This document shows positions 8,923-17,740 of a DNA stretch of 64,000 nt, one piece after another; within the stretch, counting starts at the first letter, position 1; each line of letters opens with the position of its first letter. The stretch lies in contig JAVJQW010000046.1 in NCBI GenBank assembly GCA_040218735.1, positions 1 through 64,000 of the forward strand. The letters run 5' to 3'. Both the position numbers and the translations under genes were made by a program. The notes under the pieces were generated by a model. It saw nothing but the letters and a program-made list of their open reading frames with translations, was not told where the DNA came from and ran no database searches. Source of the stretch: Deltaproteobacteria bacterium (GTDB lineage: Bacteria > Myxococcota > Kuafuiibacteriia > Kuafuiibacteriales > Kuafuiibacteriaceae).

Positions 8923-11900
8923 GTGACCGACGTGGTCCAGGTCCACAACAAGAACCGACTCCCCCTCAAGACCGTCCTCGCGGGGCGGTACCGACTCGAG
9001 GCGCTCGTCGCGTCCGGGGGGATGGGCACCGTGTACCGCGCGAACGATGCGTTCCTCGGTCAGCCCGTAGCGATCAAGGTGCTGCACCCGCCGAAGGCGA
9101 AGAAGACTTCGTCGGAGGTGAAGAAGGCGCTCGAAGATCTCAGCAACGAGGCGCGCGCGAGCATCAAGCTCACGCACCCGAACATCGTCCGTACCTACAA
9201 CTACGAACGCGACCACAGCCGCGAGTTCCTGATCAGCGAGTTCGTCGACGGCAAGGACCTCAAGCGCCACCGCGCCGAGGTCACGAAGCTCGCGCCGCAC
9301 GAGGTGATTCGGATCGGCATCCACGTCTGCGACGCGCTCACCCACGCGCGCGAGCAAGGCATCCTGCACCTCGACATCAAACCCGCGAACATCCTCATGA
9401 CCGCCGACGGCGTCGTGAAGGTCTGCGACTTCGGTCTGTCGCCGCTCACCGGGTTGATGACGTCCTCCAGCTCGGACCGCCTGATGGTCGGCAGCCCGCC
9501 GTACATGAGCCCGGAGATGATCCGCGAACGGCGCGCCGACCACCGCTCGGACATCTACTCGCTCGGCGCGACGCTCTACGACCTCGCGACCGGACGCCCG
9601 CCGTTCGGCCGGGATCCCGCGGCGTGCATGCGCCGACACATCGAAGCGCCCGTCCCCACCCCGAGCGGGTTGCCGAAGGGGCTCACGGTCGTCCTGCAAC
9701 GTGCCCTGCAGAAGGACCCCTGGGCCCGCTACCAAACCGCCGAACAAATGCGCCGCGCGCTCGAGGACCTGGGCCTCCCGCAGGTGCGGTCGTCGGCCGA
9801 CATCGCGTCGCTCGACGCCACCCAAGACAGTGAGCCGGAAGGAAAGACCATGGTGAACGTGAACGCCGACATCGCGAGTGACCTCGAAGCCGAGCCCGTC
9901 GAGAAGACCGCGAAGGAGCCCATGCCCGTGCCGCCGTCCTCGTGTGAGGTCGTGAGCCTTCGCTACGACCTCGACGCGAAGAAGTGGTCGCAGCCCGCGT
10001 TCCCGGCGCTCGACTCGCGTCGCACGCTCGTGCTCGTCGCCGGTGCGCCCGAGTGCTTCGACGATCCGCGCGCGTTGATCGAGCTGTTCTGCGCGTACCC
10101 GCAGTCGCACGTGATCGGGTGCAGCACTTCGGGGGAGATCTTCGGCCAGGAGGTCGTCGACCGGAGCCTGTCCGTCGGCATCATCAAGTTCGAGAAGACC
10201 GAGCTCGCCAACGTCACCGTCGAAGTCCCGGACGCACGTCACTCCTACGCCGCCGCCGAAGCGCTGGCGCGGAAGCTCACGCGCCCCGACCTACGCGCGG
10301 TGCTCGTCTTCTCCGAGGGGGTCTCCGTCAACGGCAGCGAGCTCGTGCGTGGCTTCAACGCGACGCTGCCCAAGGGCGTCGTCGTCGCGGGCGGGCTCGC
10401 GGGCGACGGCGAACGTTTCGAGCGCACGTGGCTGTTCGGCGGCGGGCGCGTCCGTCAGCACTCCGTCGTCGCGGTCGGGCTCTACGGTGACCACCTCTTG
10501 ATCGGGACGGGGTCGAAGGGCGGCTGGGATCAGTTCGGCGCGGACCGCGTCGTGTCGAAGTCGCAGGGCAACGTCGTGTACGAGATCGACGGCGTCCCCG
10601 CGCTCGCGCTCTACGAGCGCTACCTCGGCCCGAAGGCCAAGGACCTCCCGGCGAGCGGCCTGTTGTTCCCGCTCGCGATGCGCACCGAAGGCGGCAAGTC
10701 CCTCGTGCGCACGCTGCTCGGCGTCGACCGGAGCGCGCAGAGCCTCACCTTCGCGGGCGACATCCCGGAGGGCAGCCACGTGCAGCTCATGAAGGCGAAC
10801 TTCGATCGACTGATCGACGGCGCCAACGACGCGGGCATCGCGTCGACGTCGAAGCTCGCCACGCACCAGGGTCGCTTCCTCACGCTGGCGGTCAGCTGCG
10901 TCGGGCGCCGGCTCGTGCTCGGCGAGCGCATCGAAGAGGAGGTCGCGTCCGCGAAGCAGGCGCTCCCGAAGAACACCGACATCGTCGGCTTCTACTCGTA
11001 CGGCGAGATCTCACCGTTCACGACGGGCGCGTGTGACCTCCACAACCAGACCATGACGCTCACCGTGCTCGGCGAGTCCGCGGAGCCGGTGCGCCACGTC
11101 CCGGCGGAGGCTCCGTCGAAGGCCATGCGCGTCGAGTCGATTGGCTTCGACCTCGAGAACCGGACGTGGCTGCCGCCGAAGATGCCCGACCTCGATTCGC
11201 CGCAGACCCTCGTGCTCGCGTTCTGCGCGCCGGAGGTCGCGGACCAGGCGGCGCCGCTGCAGCAGCTCGCGCGTCAGTATCCCAACTCGGTCGTCGTCGG
11301 TTGCTCCGGCTCGGGCGAGATCCACGGTACCGAGGTGCGCGACCTCTCCATCGCCGCGACCGTCACGTCCTTCGCCCATACGAAGCTCCGCACGCACTCC
11401 GCGTCCGTCGCGCGGCCCGAGGAGTCCTACGCGGTCGCGCGCCGTCTCGCCTCCGCGCTGAAGGACGACGATCTCCGCGCGGTGCTCGTGCTCTCCGAAG
11501 GCCTCGCGGTCAACGGGAGCGAGCTGGTGCGCGGGTTCAACGAAGTGCTCCCCGACGACGTCATCGTCACCGGCGGGCTCGCGGGCGACGGCGCGCGGTT
11601 CGAGCGCACCTGGGTCTTCTGCGGCGGCGAGGTTCGGCAGAACACCGTCGTGGTCGTCGGCTTCTACGGCGACCACATCCAGGTCGGCCACGGCAGCAAG
11701 GGCGGCTGGGACAAGTTCGGTCCGGAGCGGCGCATCACGAAGGCGGTCGGCAACGTGCTCTACGAGATCGACGGCAAGCCGGCGCTCGAGCTCTACAAGG
11801 CGTACCTCGGACCGAAGGCGGCGGAGCTCCCGGCGAGCGGCCTGTTGTTCCCGCTGTCGCTCCGCGAGGACGCGAGCTCCGACAAGTTCCTCGTCCGCAC

Positions 11901-14900
11901 GCTGCTCGGCGTCGACGAGTCGAACCAGACGCTCACGTTCGCGGGTGACGTGCCGGAGGGCTACCTCGTGCAGCTGATGAAGGCGGACTTCGACCGCCTC
12001 GTCGTCGGCGCGGGCGACGCCGCGAAACACACGCGCGAGCTCCTCGAAGGCGACGTCGACCAGGCGCTCGCCGTCGCGATCAGCTGCGTCGGCCGGCGCC
12101 TCGTACTCGGGGCGCGGACCGACGAGGAGGTCGAGGCCGTCCTCGACGTCCTGCCGGAGGGGACGCAGCTCTGCGGCTTCTACTCGTACGGCGAGCTGTC
12201 GCCGTTCGGGCGCGGGAGCTGCGACCTGCACAACCAGACGATGACGCTCACGGTGTTCGCCGAGAGCGCGCGTCCGCTCCAGCGCCCGCAGCGCGACGCG
12301 ACGCAGCAGCTGCCGTCGTTCGATCCGATGCCCCGCAACGACACCCGTCCGAGCGTCGCGCAGCGGATGCAGGTCGAGCGTCGGCGCTACGACCTCGAGA
12401 CGAACCGCTGGTCCGAGCCGCTGCCCGACGCCGACTCGATCCGCACCCTCATCCTCGCGTTCGGCGCGCCGGAGGTGCCGGCGGACTGCCCGGCGATTCG
12501 CGAGCTCACGAAGAAGTACCCGCGCTCCACGATCGTGGGTTGCTCGACGGCGGGTGAGATCCACGGGACGGAGGTCGACGACCACTCGATCAGCGTCGCC
12601 ATCACGCGCTTCTCGCGGACACACCTCGCGCGCGCTTCGGTGCGCGTGAACGATCCACGGCAGAGCTTCGTCGCGGGTGAGACCCTCGCGCGCAACCTCG
12701 ACCGCAAGGACCTGCGCGGCGTGCTGGTGCTCTCCGAGGGCCTCGGCGTCAACGGGAGCGAGCTGGTGCGCGGCTTCAACGCCGTGCTCCCGGAGGACGT
12801 CGTGATCACCGGCGGCCTCTCCGGGGACGGCACCCGATTCGAGAAGACGTGGGTCCTCGTCGACGGCGAGCTGGTGCAGAACGTCGTCGTCGCGGTGGGG
12901 CTGTACGGCGACCACGTCCTGATCGGCCACGGCAGCAAGGGTGGCTGGGACAAGTTCGGCGCGGAGCGGCGCATCACGCGGTCCGAGGGCAACGTGCTCT
13001 ACGAGATCGACGGCGAGCCGGCCCTCGCGCTCTACAAGCGGTACCTCGGCGCGAAGGCGACGGAGCTCCCGGCGAGCGGGTTGTTGTTCCCGCTGTCGCT
13101 GCGTTCCAGCGCCGACGATACGAAGTTCCTGGTCCGCACGCTGTTGTCCGTCGACGAGGCGACCAACAGCATGACCTTCGCGGGTGACGTACCGACCGGG
13201 CACCTCGTGCAGTTGATGAAGGCCGACTTCGATCGGCTCGTGCAGGGCGCGACCGGCGCCGCCAACGCGTCGATGGCGCGCATCGGCTCCGAGGATCACG
13301 GCGCCGCGCTCGCGGTGGCGGTCAGCTGCGTCGGGCGACGCCTGGTGCTCGGTGCGCGCACCGAGGACGAGGTCGAGGCCGTCGACGAAGTGCTGCCGAA
13401 GGGTTCGGAGCTCGTCGGCTTCTACTCGTACGGAGAGCTGTCACCGTTCGCCGACGGTCGCTGCGATCTGCACAACCAGACGATGACGCTCACCGTCATC
13501 CAGGAGTCGCAGATGCCCGTGGAGCGGAAGGCGCGACCGACGCCCGCGCGCAGCCCTTCCATGGTGCAGACGCCCCCCGCGGCGCCCGCACCGGTGGCGC
13601 CCGAGCCCGCTTCGGACTCCGTGACGGGCACGGGGACGTTCACGCTGCAGGAGGCGCACCTCGGCGTCGACGTACAGGTCGCGAAGCACCCGACGCTCGA
13701 CGTCGTGCGTTTCAACGGCCGCATCACGGAGCAGTTCGAGGGCCGCCGCATCGCGGAGCGTCTGAGCGGACGGGTGGTGTTCGACCTCAGCGGCATCGAG
13801 CGCATCACGTCCTTCGGCGTGCGCGAGTGGCTGCAGATGACGAAGACCATGAAGGTCGACGAGCTCTACCTCGCGCGGTGCTCGGACGCGGTGGTGAACC
13901 AGCTCGCGATGATTCCGGGCTTCGCGGGGGACGGGCAGTTGGTCTCGTTCCACGCGCCGTACCTGTGTGATCGTTGCGGACACGAGTTCACGTCCGAGAT
14001 CGACGTCGAGCGCGACGTGGAGACGTTGAAGGGCGCCGAGAGCGTCGCGGACTGCCCGCGCTGCTCGGCGACGGCGCCGCTCGACGACGACCCGGAGGCG
14101 TACTTCGCGTTTGCGACGGGGGCCCTCGGGACCAAGGTCCCGGACGACGTTCGGGCCGCGCTGCAGGAGCACGCGGAAGCACCGGAGCCGGAGGCGGCGC
14201 GCGTCGAGAAGACGGTGGAGGGCCGTGTCACGCGCATCCGTGCGCACGGCGCGCTCGACACCTCGATCAGCTGGAAGCGTGTGCTCGACGGCGTCGAAGG
14301 GGACGTCGTCATCGAGCTCGGCGGCGCGACGTCGCACACCGACGCGGGGCTGCGGCTGTTCCATCAGGGGCTGAACCGCATCCGCGCCGACGTCGACTCG
14401 TTGAAGCTGAGGGGGGTCCCGCTCGACTACGTCGCGATGTTGCGCGAGCAGGGCCTGTCGGCGCGCGACGTCGAGAGTGTGATCGTCGAGGCGACGGGGA
14501 CGGAGTCGCAGACCAAGCGCGAGACGCGGATCGATCTCAACGAACACCGCGACCGATTGAGCGTGGGCGAGGCGCCGTTCGTCGTCGACAAACGCACGCA
14601 CGAGGTCCTCGAGTTCGGCCGCGCGCTCCCGCTCCTGACTTGGGCGACCGGAGGTATGACGTCCACGGCGAGCGCAGCGGCGGCGCCGACGACGATCCTG
14701 CGCGAGGCGCCGATCCCGCTCGCGCCGCCGCCGACGTCGTCGGCACGTCCGTGGTTGCCGTTCATACTCGGGGCGCTCGTCGTCGCCGTGGCGTTCCTCG
14801 GGTACCGCGAGATGACGCGCACGCCGCCGAAACCCGCGGTGGTCGAGACGGCGCCGAAGCCCGTCGCCGAGCCGACGCCGAAGAAGGTGGAGCTGCCGCC

Positions 14901-15549
14901 CGCGTGGACGGAGCGTCCGTTCGTGGTGGGGCCCGACGTCGCGACGATCGTCGGTCGCGCCGTGGGCGCCGACGAAGAGGCGGCGTTGGAGGCGGCGCGC
15001 ATCGACATGATGGCGCACCTCGCGCGGGAGCTGATCGGCTCGCTCGAAGGGACGTACGGCGCCTTCGCCGCGGCGCAGCCGAAGCTGGAGCAGCCGGAGG
15101 AGATCGCGCGTCGTCTGGAGGCGGCGGTCGGTCCGATCCTCGCGCCGGTGCGCAAGGACCACTGGAGCCGGCCGGCCGACGGTGGAGTCGAGATGTTCGT
15201 CCGGTACGAAGCGCCGCGTGCGCGCTACGACGAAGCGCGCGCCCACTTCGGGGAGGAGCGTGCGATCCGCGGGCTGTCGGTCGCGCCGATCCCGCCGACG
15301 ATCGCGGGGCCCGCCGAGGGGGTGCTCGTGTTCGACCTGCGGCCCGGGTTGCAGGCAGATCGTGCGGGCCTTCGGGTGGGCGACGTCATCACGCGAATCG
15401 GTGACCGCGTCGTGCGCACGCCCGCCGAGTTCGAGGAGACCTGGAAGAGTGAGTGGTGGCGGACGTCGGTCGGTCGTTCGTTGATCCTGCAGGTCGAGAC
15501 GCCGCGGGGTTCTCATCAGGTTCGGTTCGCGAGAACGTCCCGCCGATGA
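8923..15549 (+). CDS. Giant membrane-anchored Ser/Thr kinase with 3x FIST (NosP-like), 2x STAS-like/Zn-ribbon, TM, LPP20-like region and PDZ
   Basis: Kinase motifs SGGMGTVY, VAIK, HLDIKPAN, DFG, GSPPYMSPE. Three copies of GGLAGDG / GSKGGW / SCVGRRLVLG / GFYSYGE / LHNQTMT. STAS DLSGIERITSFG, then CDRC...CPRC; TM WLPFILGALVVAVAFLGY; PDZ ADRAGLRVGDVITRI. Confidence 0.92.
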   Translation: MTDVVQVHNKNRLPLKTVLAGRYRLEALVASGGMGTVYRANDAFLGQPVAIKVLHPPKAKKTSSEVKKALEDLSNEARASIKLTHPNIVRTYNYERDHSREFLISEFVDGKDLKRHRAEVTKLAPHEVIRIGIHVCDALTHAREQGILHLDIKPANILMTADGVVKVCDFGLSPLTGLMTSSSSDRLMVGSPPYMSPEMIRERRADHRSDIYSLGATLYDLATGRPPFGRDPAACMRRHIEAPVPTPSGLPKGLTVVLQRALQKDPWARYQTAEQMRRALEDLGLPQVRSSADIASLDATQDSEPEGKTMVNVNADIASDLEAEPVEKTAKEPMPVPPSSCEVVSLRYDLDAKKWSQPAFPALDSRRTLVLVAGAPECFDDPRALIELFCAYPQSHVIGCSTSGEIFGQEVVDRSLSVGIIKFEKTELANVTVEVPDARHSYAAAEALARKLTRPDLRAVLVFSEGVSVNGSELVRGFNATLPKGVVVAGGLAGDGERFERTWLFGGGRVRQHSVVAVGLYGDHLLIGTGSKGGWDQFGADRVVSKSQGNVVYEIDGVPALALYERYLGPKAKDLPASGLLFPLAMRTEGGKSLVRTLLGVDRSAQSLTFAGDIPEGSHVQLMKANFDRLIDGANDAGIASTSKLATHQGRFLTLAVSCVGRRLVLGERIEEEVASAKQALPKNTDIVGFYSYGEISPFTTGACDLHNQTMTLTVLGESAEPVRHVPAEAPSKAMRVESIGFDLENRTWLPPKMPDLDSPQTLVLAFCAPEVADQAAPLQQLARQYPNSVVVGCSGSGEIHGTEVRDLSIAATVTSFAHTKLRTHSASVARPEESYAVARRLASALKDDDLRAVLVLSEGLAVNGSELVRGFNEVLPDDVIVTGGLAGDGARFERTWVFCGGEVRQNTVVVVGFYGDHIQVGHGSKGGWDKFGPERRITKAVGNVLYEIDGKPALELYKAYLGPKAAELPASGLLFPLSLREDASSDKFLVRTLLGVDESNQTLTFAGDVPEGYLVQLMKADFDRLVVGAGDAAKHTRELLEGDVDQALAVAISCVGRRLVLGARTDEEVEAVLDVLPEGTQLCGFYSYGELSPFGRGSCDLHNQTMTLTVFAESARPLQRPQRDATQQLPSFDPMPRNDTRPSVAQRMQVERRRYDLETNRWSEPLPDADSIRTLILAFGAPEVPADCPAIRELTKKYPRSTIVGCSTAGEIHGTEVDDHSISVAITRFSRTHLARASVRVNDPRQSFVAGETLARNLDRKDLRGVLVLSEGLGVNGSELVRGFNAVLPEDVVITGGLSGDGTRFEKTWVLVDGELVQNVVVAVGLYGDHVLIGHGSKGGWDKFGAERRITRSEGNVLYEIDGEPALALYKRYLGAKATELPASGLLFPLSLRSSADDTKFLVRTLLSVDEATNSMTFAGDVPTGHLVQLMKADFDRLVQGATGAANASMARIGSEDHGAALAVAVSCVGRRLVLGARTEDEVEAVDEVLPKGSELVGFYSYGELSPFADGRCDLHNQTMTLTVIQESQMPVERKARPTPARSPSMVQTPPAAPAPVAPEPASDSVTGTGTFTLQEAHLGVDVQVAKHPTLDVVRFNGRITEQFEGRRIAERLSGRVVFDLSGIERITSFGVREWLQMTKTMKVDELYLARCSDAVVNQLAMIPGFAGDGQLVSFHAPYLCDRCGHEFTSEIDVERDVETLKGAESVADCPRCSATAPLDDDPEAYFAFATGALGTKVPDDVRAALQEHAEAPEPEAARVEKTVEGRVTRIRAHGALDTSISWKRVLDGVEGDVVIELGGATSHTDAGLRLFHQGLNRIRADVDSLKLRGVPLDYVAMLREQGLSARDVESVIVEATGTESQTKRETRIDLNEHRDRLSVGEAPFVVDKRTHEVLEFGRALPLLTWATGGMTSTASAAAAPTTILREAPIPLAPPPTSSARPWLPFILGALVVAVAFLGYREMTRTPPKPAVVETAPKPVAEPTPKKVELPPAWTERPFVVGPDVATIVGRAVGADEEAALEAARIDMMAHLARELIGSLEGTYGAFAAAQPKLEQPEEIARRLEAAVGPILAPVRKDHWSRPADGGVEMFVRYEAPRARYDEARAHFGEERAIRGLSVAPIPPTIAGPAEGVLVFDLRPGLQADRAGLRVGDVITRIGDRVVRTPAEFEETWKSEWWRTSVGRSLILQVETPRGSHQVRFARTSRR
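9940..13510 (+). repeat. Three tandem ~1.15-kb intragenic FIST repeats (~9940-11080, ~11125-12270, ~12367-13510)
   Basis: Near-identical nucleotide blocks, e.g. ctcccggcgagcggc/gggctgttgttcccgct, ggcttctactcgtacgg and cacaaccagac, recur in all three copies. Confidence 0.9.
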
Positions 15550-16499
15550 GCTCGGGCGCCCACATCGTCGTGTTCGACAGGAACGCCGCGGTGCGGAAAC
15601 GGATCGGGCGTGTGCTGGGCGCGGCCGGGAACCTGGAGGAGGTCGCGGGTTACGACCTGGTCGTGCCCGAGGCCTTCGCCGGACGGCCGCGTCTCATCGG
15701 CTGCAACCTCGAACAGCTCTCGGCGGTGACGGAGGTCCTCGCCGACGATCTCCCGTTCACGCAGCTGCTCGTGTGGGGGACGCGGGACTCCCGTACCTTC
15801 CTGTCGCGGTCGTCGTCGGACCGTCGCTACGGGCGCTTCGTCGCTTGGCCGGAGTTTGCGTCCATGCCGCGCCCCGCGGAGCTGTTCCTGACCGCGTCGG
15901 TGCTGCTGTCGCCGTCGTCCGGTGTCGCGCTGGACGGCCTCGTGCTGGCGGGCGCGGCGACGCGAACGTTCGAGCCGAGGACGACCGACGATCTCGAAGA
16001 GACGGTGCAGGCCGTGCGGGACCTCTCGCTGCAGAGTGGGATCGTGGGTCGCCAAGCGGAGCGCATCGCGGTCGCCGCGCACGAGCTGCTGATGAATGCG
16101 ATGTACGGCGCGCCGACGACGTCGGACGGGTTGCCGAAGTACGCGCACGATCGCAAACAGACGATCCGCCTGGAGCGCCAGGAGATACCGACGGTGAAGG
16201 TCGCGACGGACGGGTCGCGGTTCGGCATCGAGGTCTCGGATCCGTTCGGGCGGCTCTCGCGCGAGCACTTGTTCTCGGGCGTCGCGCGCGGCCTCGCCAG
16301 CCGGGACGCGGGCGACGTTCTGGACACCAGCCACGGCGGCGCGGGGATCGGGTTGTTCAAGATCTTCGACGCCGCGCACTCCGTGTTCATCGACGTCCGG
16401 CACCTGCGGAGCACACGCGTGACGGCGGTGTTCGATCTGGACGTCACGGCTCGCGACCAGCGCGCGATGCCGACGACACTCTGTTGGTTCGAGGATTGA
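15546..16499 (+). CDS. RsbW/SpoIIAB-like HATPase (Ser kinase) with a degenerate N-terminal receiver-like domain
   Basis: ATGA overlap with the giant kinase; N box HELLMNAM, G1 DPFG, G2 GGAGIGL; no HisKA H-box seen. Confidence 0.78.
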   Translation: MSSGAHIVVFDRNAAVRKRIGRVLGAAGNLEEVAGYDLVVPEAFAGRPRLIGCNLEQLSAVTEVLADDLPFTQLLVWGTRDSRTFLSRSSSDRRYGRFVAWPEFASMPRPAELFLTASVLLSPSSGVALDGLVLAGAATRTFEPRTTDDLEETVQAVRDLSLQSGIVGRQAERIAVAAHELLMNAMYGAPTTSDGLPKYAHDRKQTIRLERQEIPTVKVATDGSRFGIEVSDPFGRLSREHLFSGVARGLASRDAGDVLDTSHGGAGIGLFKIFDAAHSVFIDVRHLRSTRVTAVFDLDVTARDQRAMPTTLCWFED

Positions 16500-16507
16500 G
16501 GTAGACG

Positions 16508-17737
16508 ATGGAAGTCCAAGCCCTGTTGGCGCGCCAGCTGAAGAAGGTCGGGCACTCGGATCTCGACGCGGCCCCCTCGAACGAGGTGTGGCGCAAGCTC
16601 CTTCGACGGATCAGCGACCACTACAAACACATGGACGACGACCGCGAGATGTTGATGCGGTCGTTGGAGGTGTCGACGAACGAGATGTCGTCGATCTCTT
16701 CGGACATGGGGCACAGCGTCTCGAAGGAGCTCCTGGAGTGGCTGGCGGAGGCGCTCAACGCGATGTCCGCGGTGGGGGACAGCAGCCAGGTCGGCTCGGT
16801 GCAGGCGGCGACACAGCGCCTGGAGGGGATCGAGGTCGCCTTCCTGGAGCGGCTCGGCGGTCTGGGGGCGGGCGTCGGAGGTGACAACACGCCGGAGGTG
16901 ACGGCGCTGCGGCATCACTTCGTCACGCTGTCCGACGTCATCAAACGCATGCTCGAGGAGCGCGCGAGCCACCGCGAGATGGAGCGCGAGATCGAGGTCG
17001 CGCGGTCGGTGCAGAAGCTCCTCCTCCCCGACGCGAGTGAGTTCCACCGCCCGTTCCTCGACGTGTCGGCGGACTCGCAGGCGGCGTCCGTCTGCTCCGG
17101 CGACTGGTGGGCGGTGCACGATCTCCCCGACGGTCGGGTGCTGGTGGTGCTCGGCGACGTCACGGGGCACGGCGTCCCGGCGGGGATCATGACGGGCGTC
17201 GCGAAGGCGTCGTGTGATGTCACGCGGGCGGTCTACGGCGACAAGCTCCAGGCGGGTCAGCTGCTGACGCTCATGAACCGCGCCGTCGAGAGCGCCGGGC
17301 AGCAGCAGCTCCTGATGACCTGCGTCGTCGCGATCTTCAACCCGCACGATCGGGTGCTGACGATCGCCAACGCAGGGCACGTGCTGCCGTACATCGTGCG
17401 GCCGTCGTCCGACCGCCACCACATCTCGACGGTGCGCGCGCACGGGACACCGCTGGGGGCGAGCCACGACGCGAGTTACCGCGAGGTGCGGGTCTCGCTG
17501 GAGACGGACGACATGTTCATCTTCTACACCGACGGCCTCATCGAACGAGAGGGGCCGAGCGGCGAGCAGTTCGGACACCGCCGCCTGCAGAGCGTGCTGG
17601 AGCAAACGGCGGGCTTTGGCGCGGCGGGGGTGAAGGACTCGTTGCTGCACCACCTCGCGCGGCACGCGGAGGGGCTCCCGAACACCGACGACGTCACGCT
17701 GGTCGTCGCGCGCTTCGGTGAGGGGCCTCAGCCCTGA
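16508..17737 (+). CDS. SpoIIE/RsbU-like PP2C phosphatase with an N-terminal helical domain
   Basis: ARSVQKLLLP, SGDWW, GDVTGHG, NAGH, YTDGL, DDVTLVV. Confidence 0.92.
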   Translation: MEVQALLARQLKKVGHSDLDAAPSNEVWRKLLRRISDHYKHMDDDREMLMRSLEVSTNEMSSISSDMGHSVSKELLEWLAEALNAMSAVGDSSQVGSVQAATQRLEGIEVAFLERLGGLGAGVGGDNTPEVTALRHHFVTLSDVIKRMLEERASHREMEREIEVARSVQKLLLPDASEFHRPFLDVSADSQAASVCSGDWWAVHDLPDGRVLVVLGDVTGHGVPAGIMTGVAKASCDVTRAVYGDKLQAGQLLTLMNRAVESAGQQQLLMTCVVAIFNPHDRVLTIANAGHVLPYIVRPSSDRHHISTVRAHGTPLGASHDASYREVRVSLETDDMFIFYTDGLIEREGPSGEQFGHRRLQSVLEQTAGFGAAGVKDSLLHHLARHAEGLPNTDDVTLVVARFGEGPQP

Positions 17738-17740
17738 CGA

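Noticed and set aside
11011-15516. Long antisense ORFs (762 and 691 aa; similarly 55142-58543, 61282-63930, 17825-20188)
   Set aside because: Shadow frames of real genes caused by high-GC codon bias; no domain motifs.
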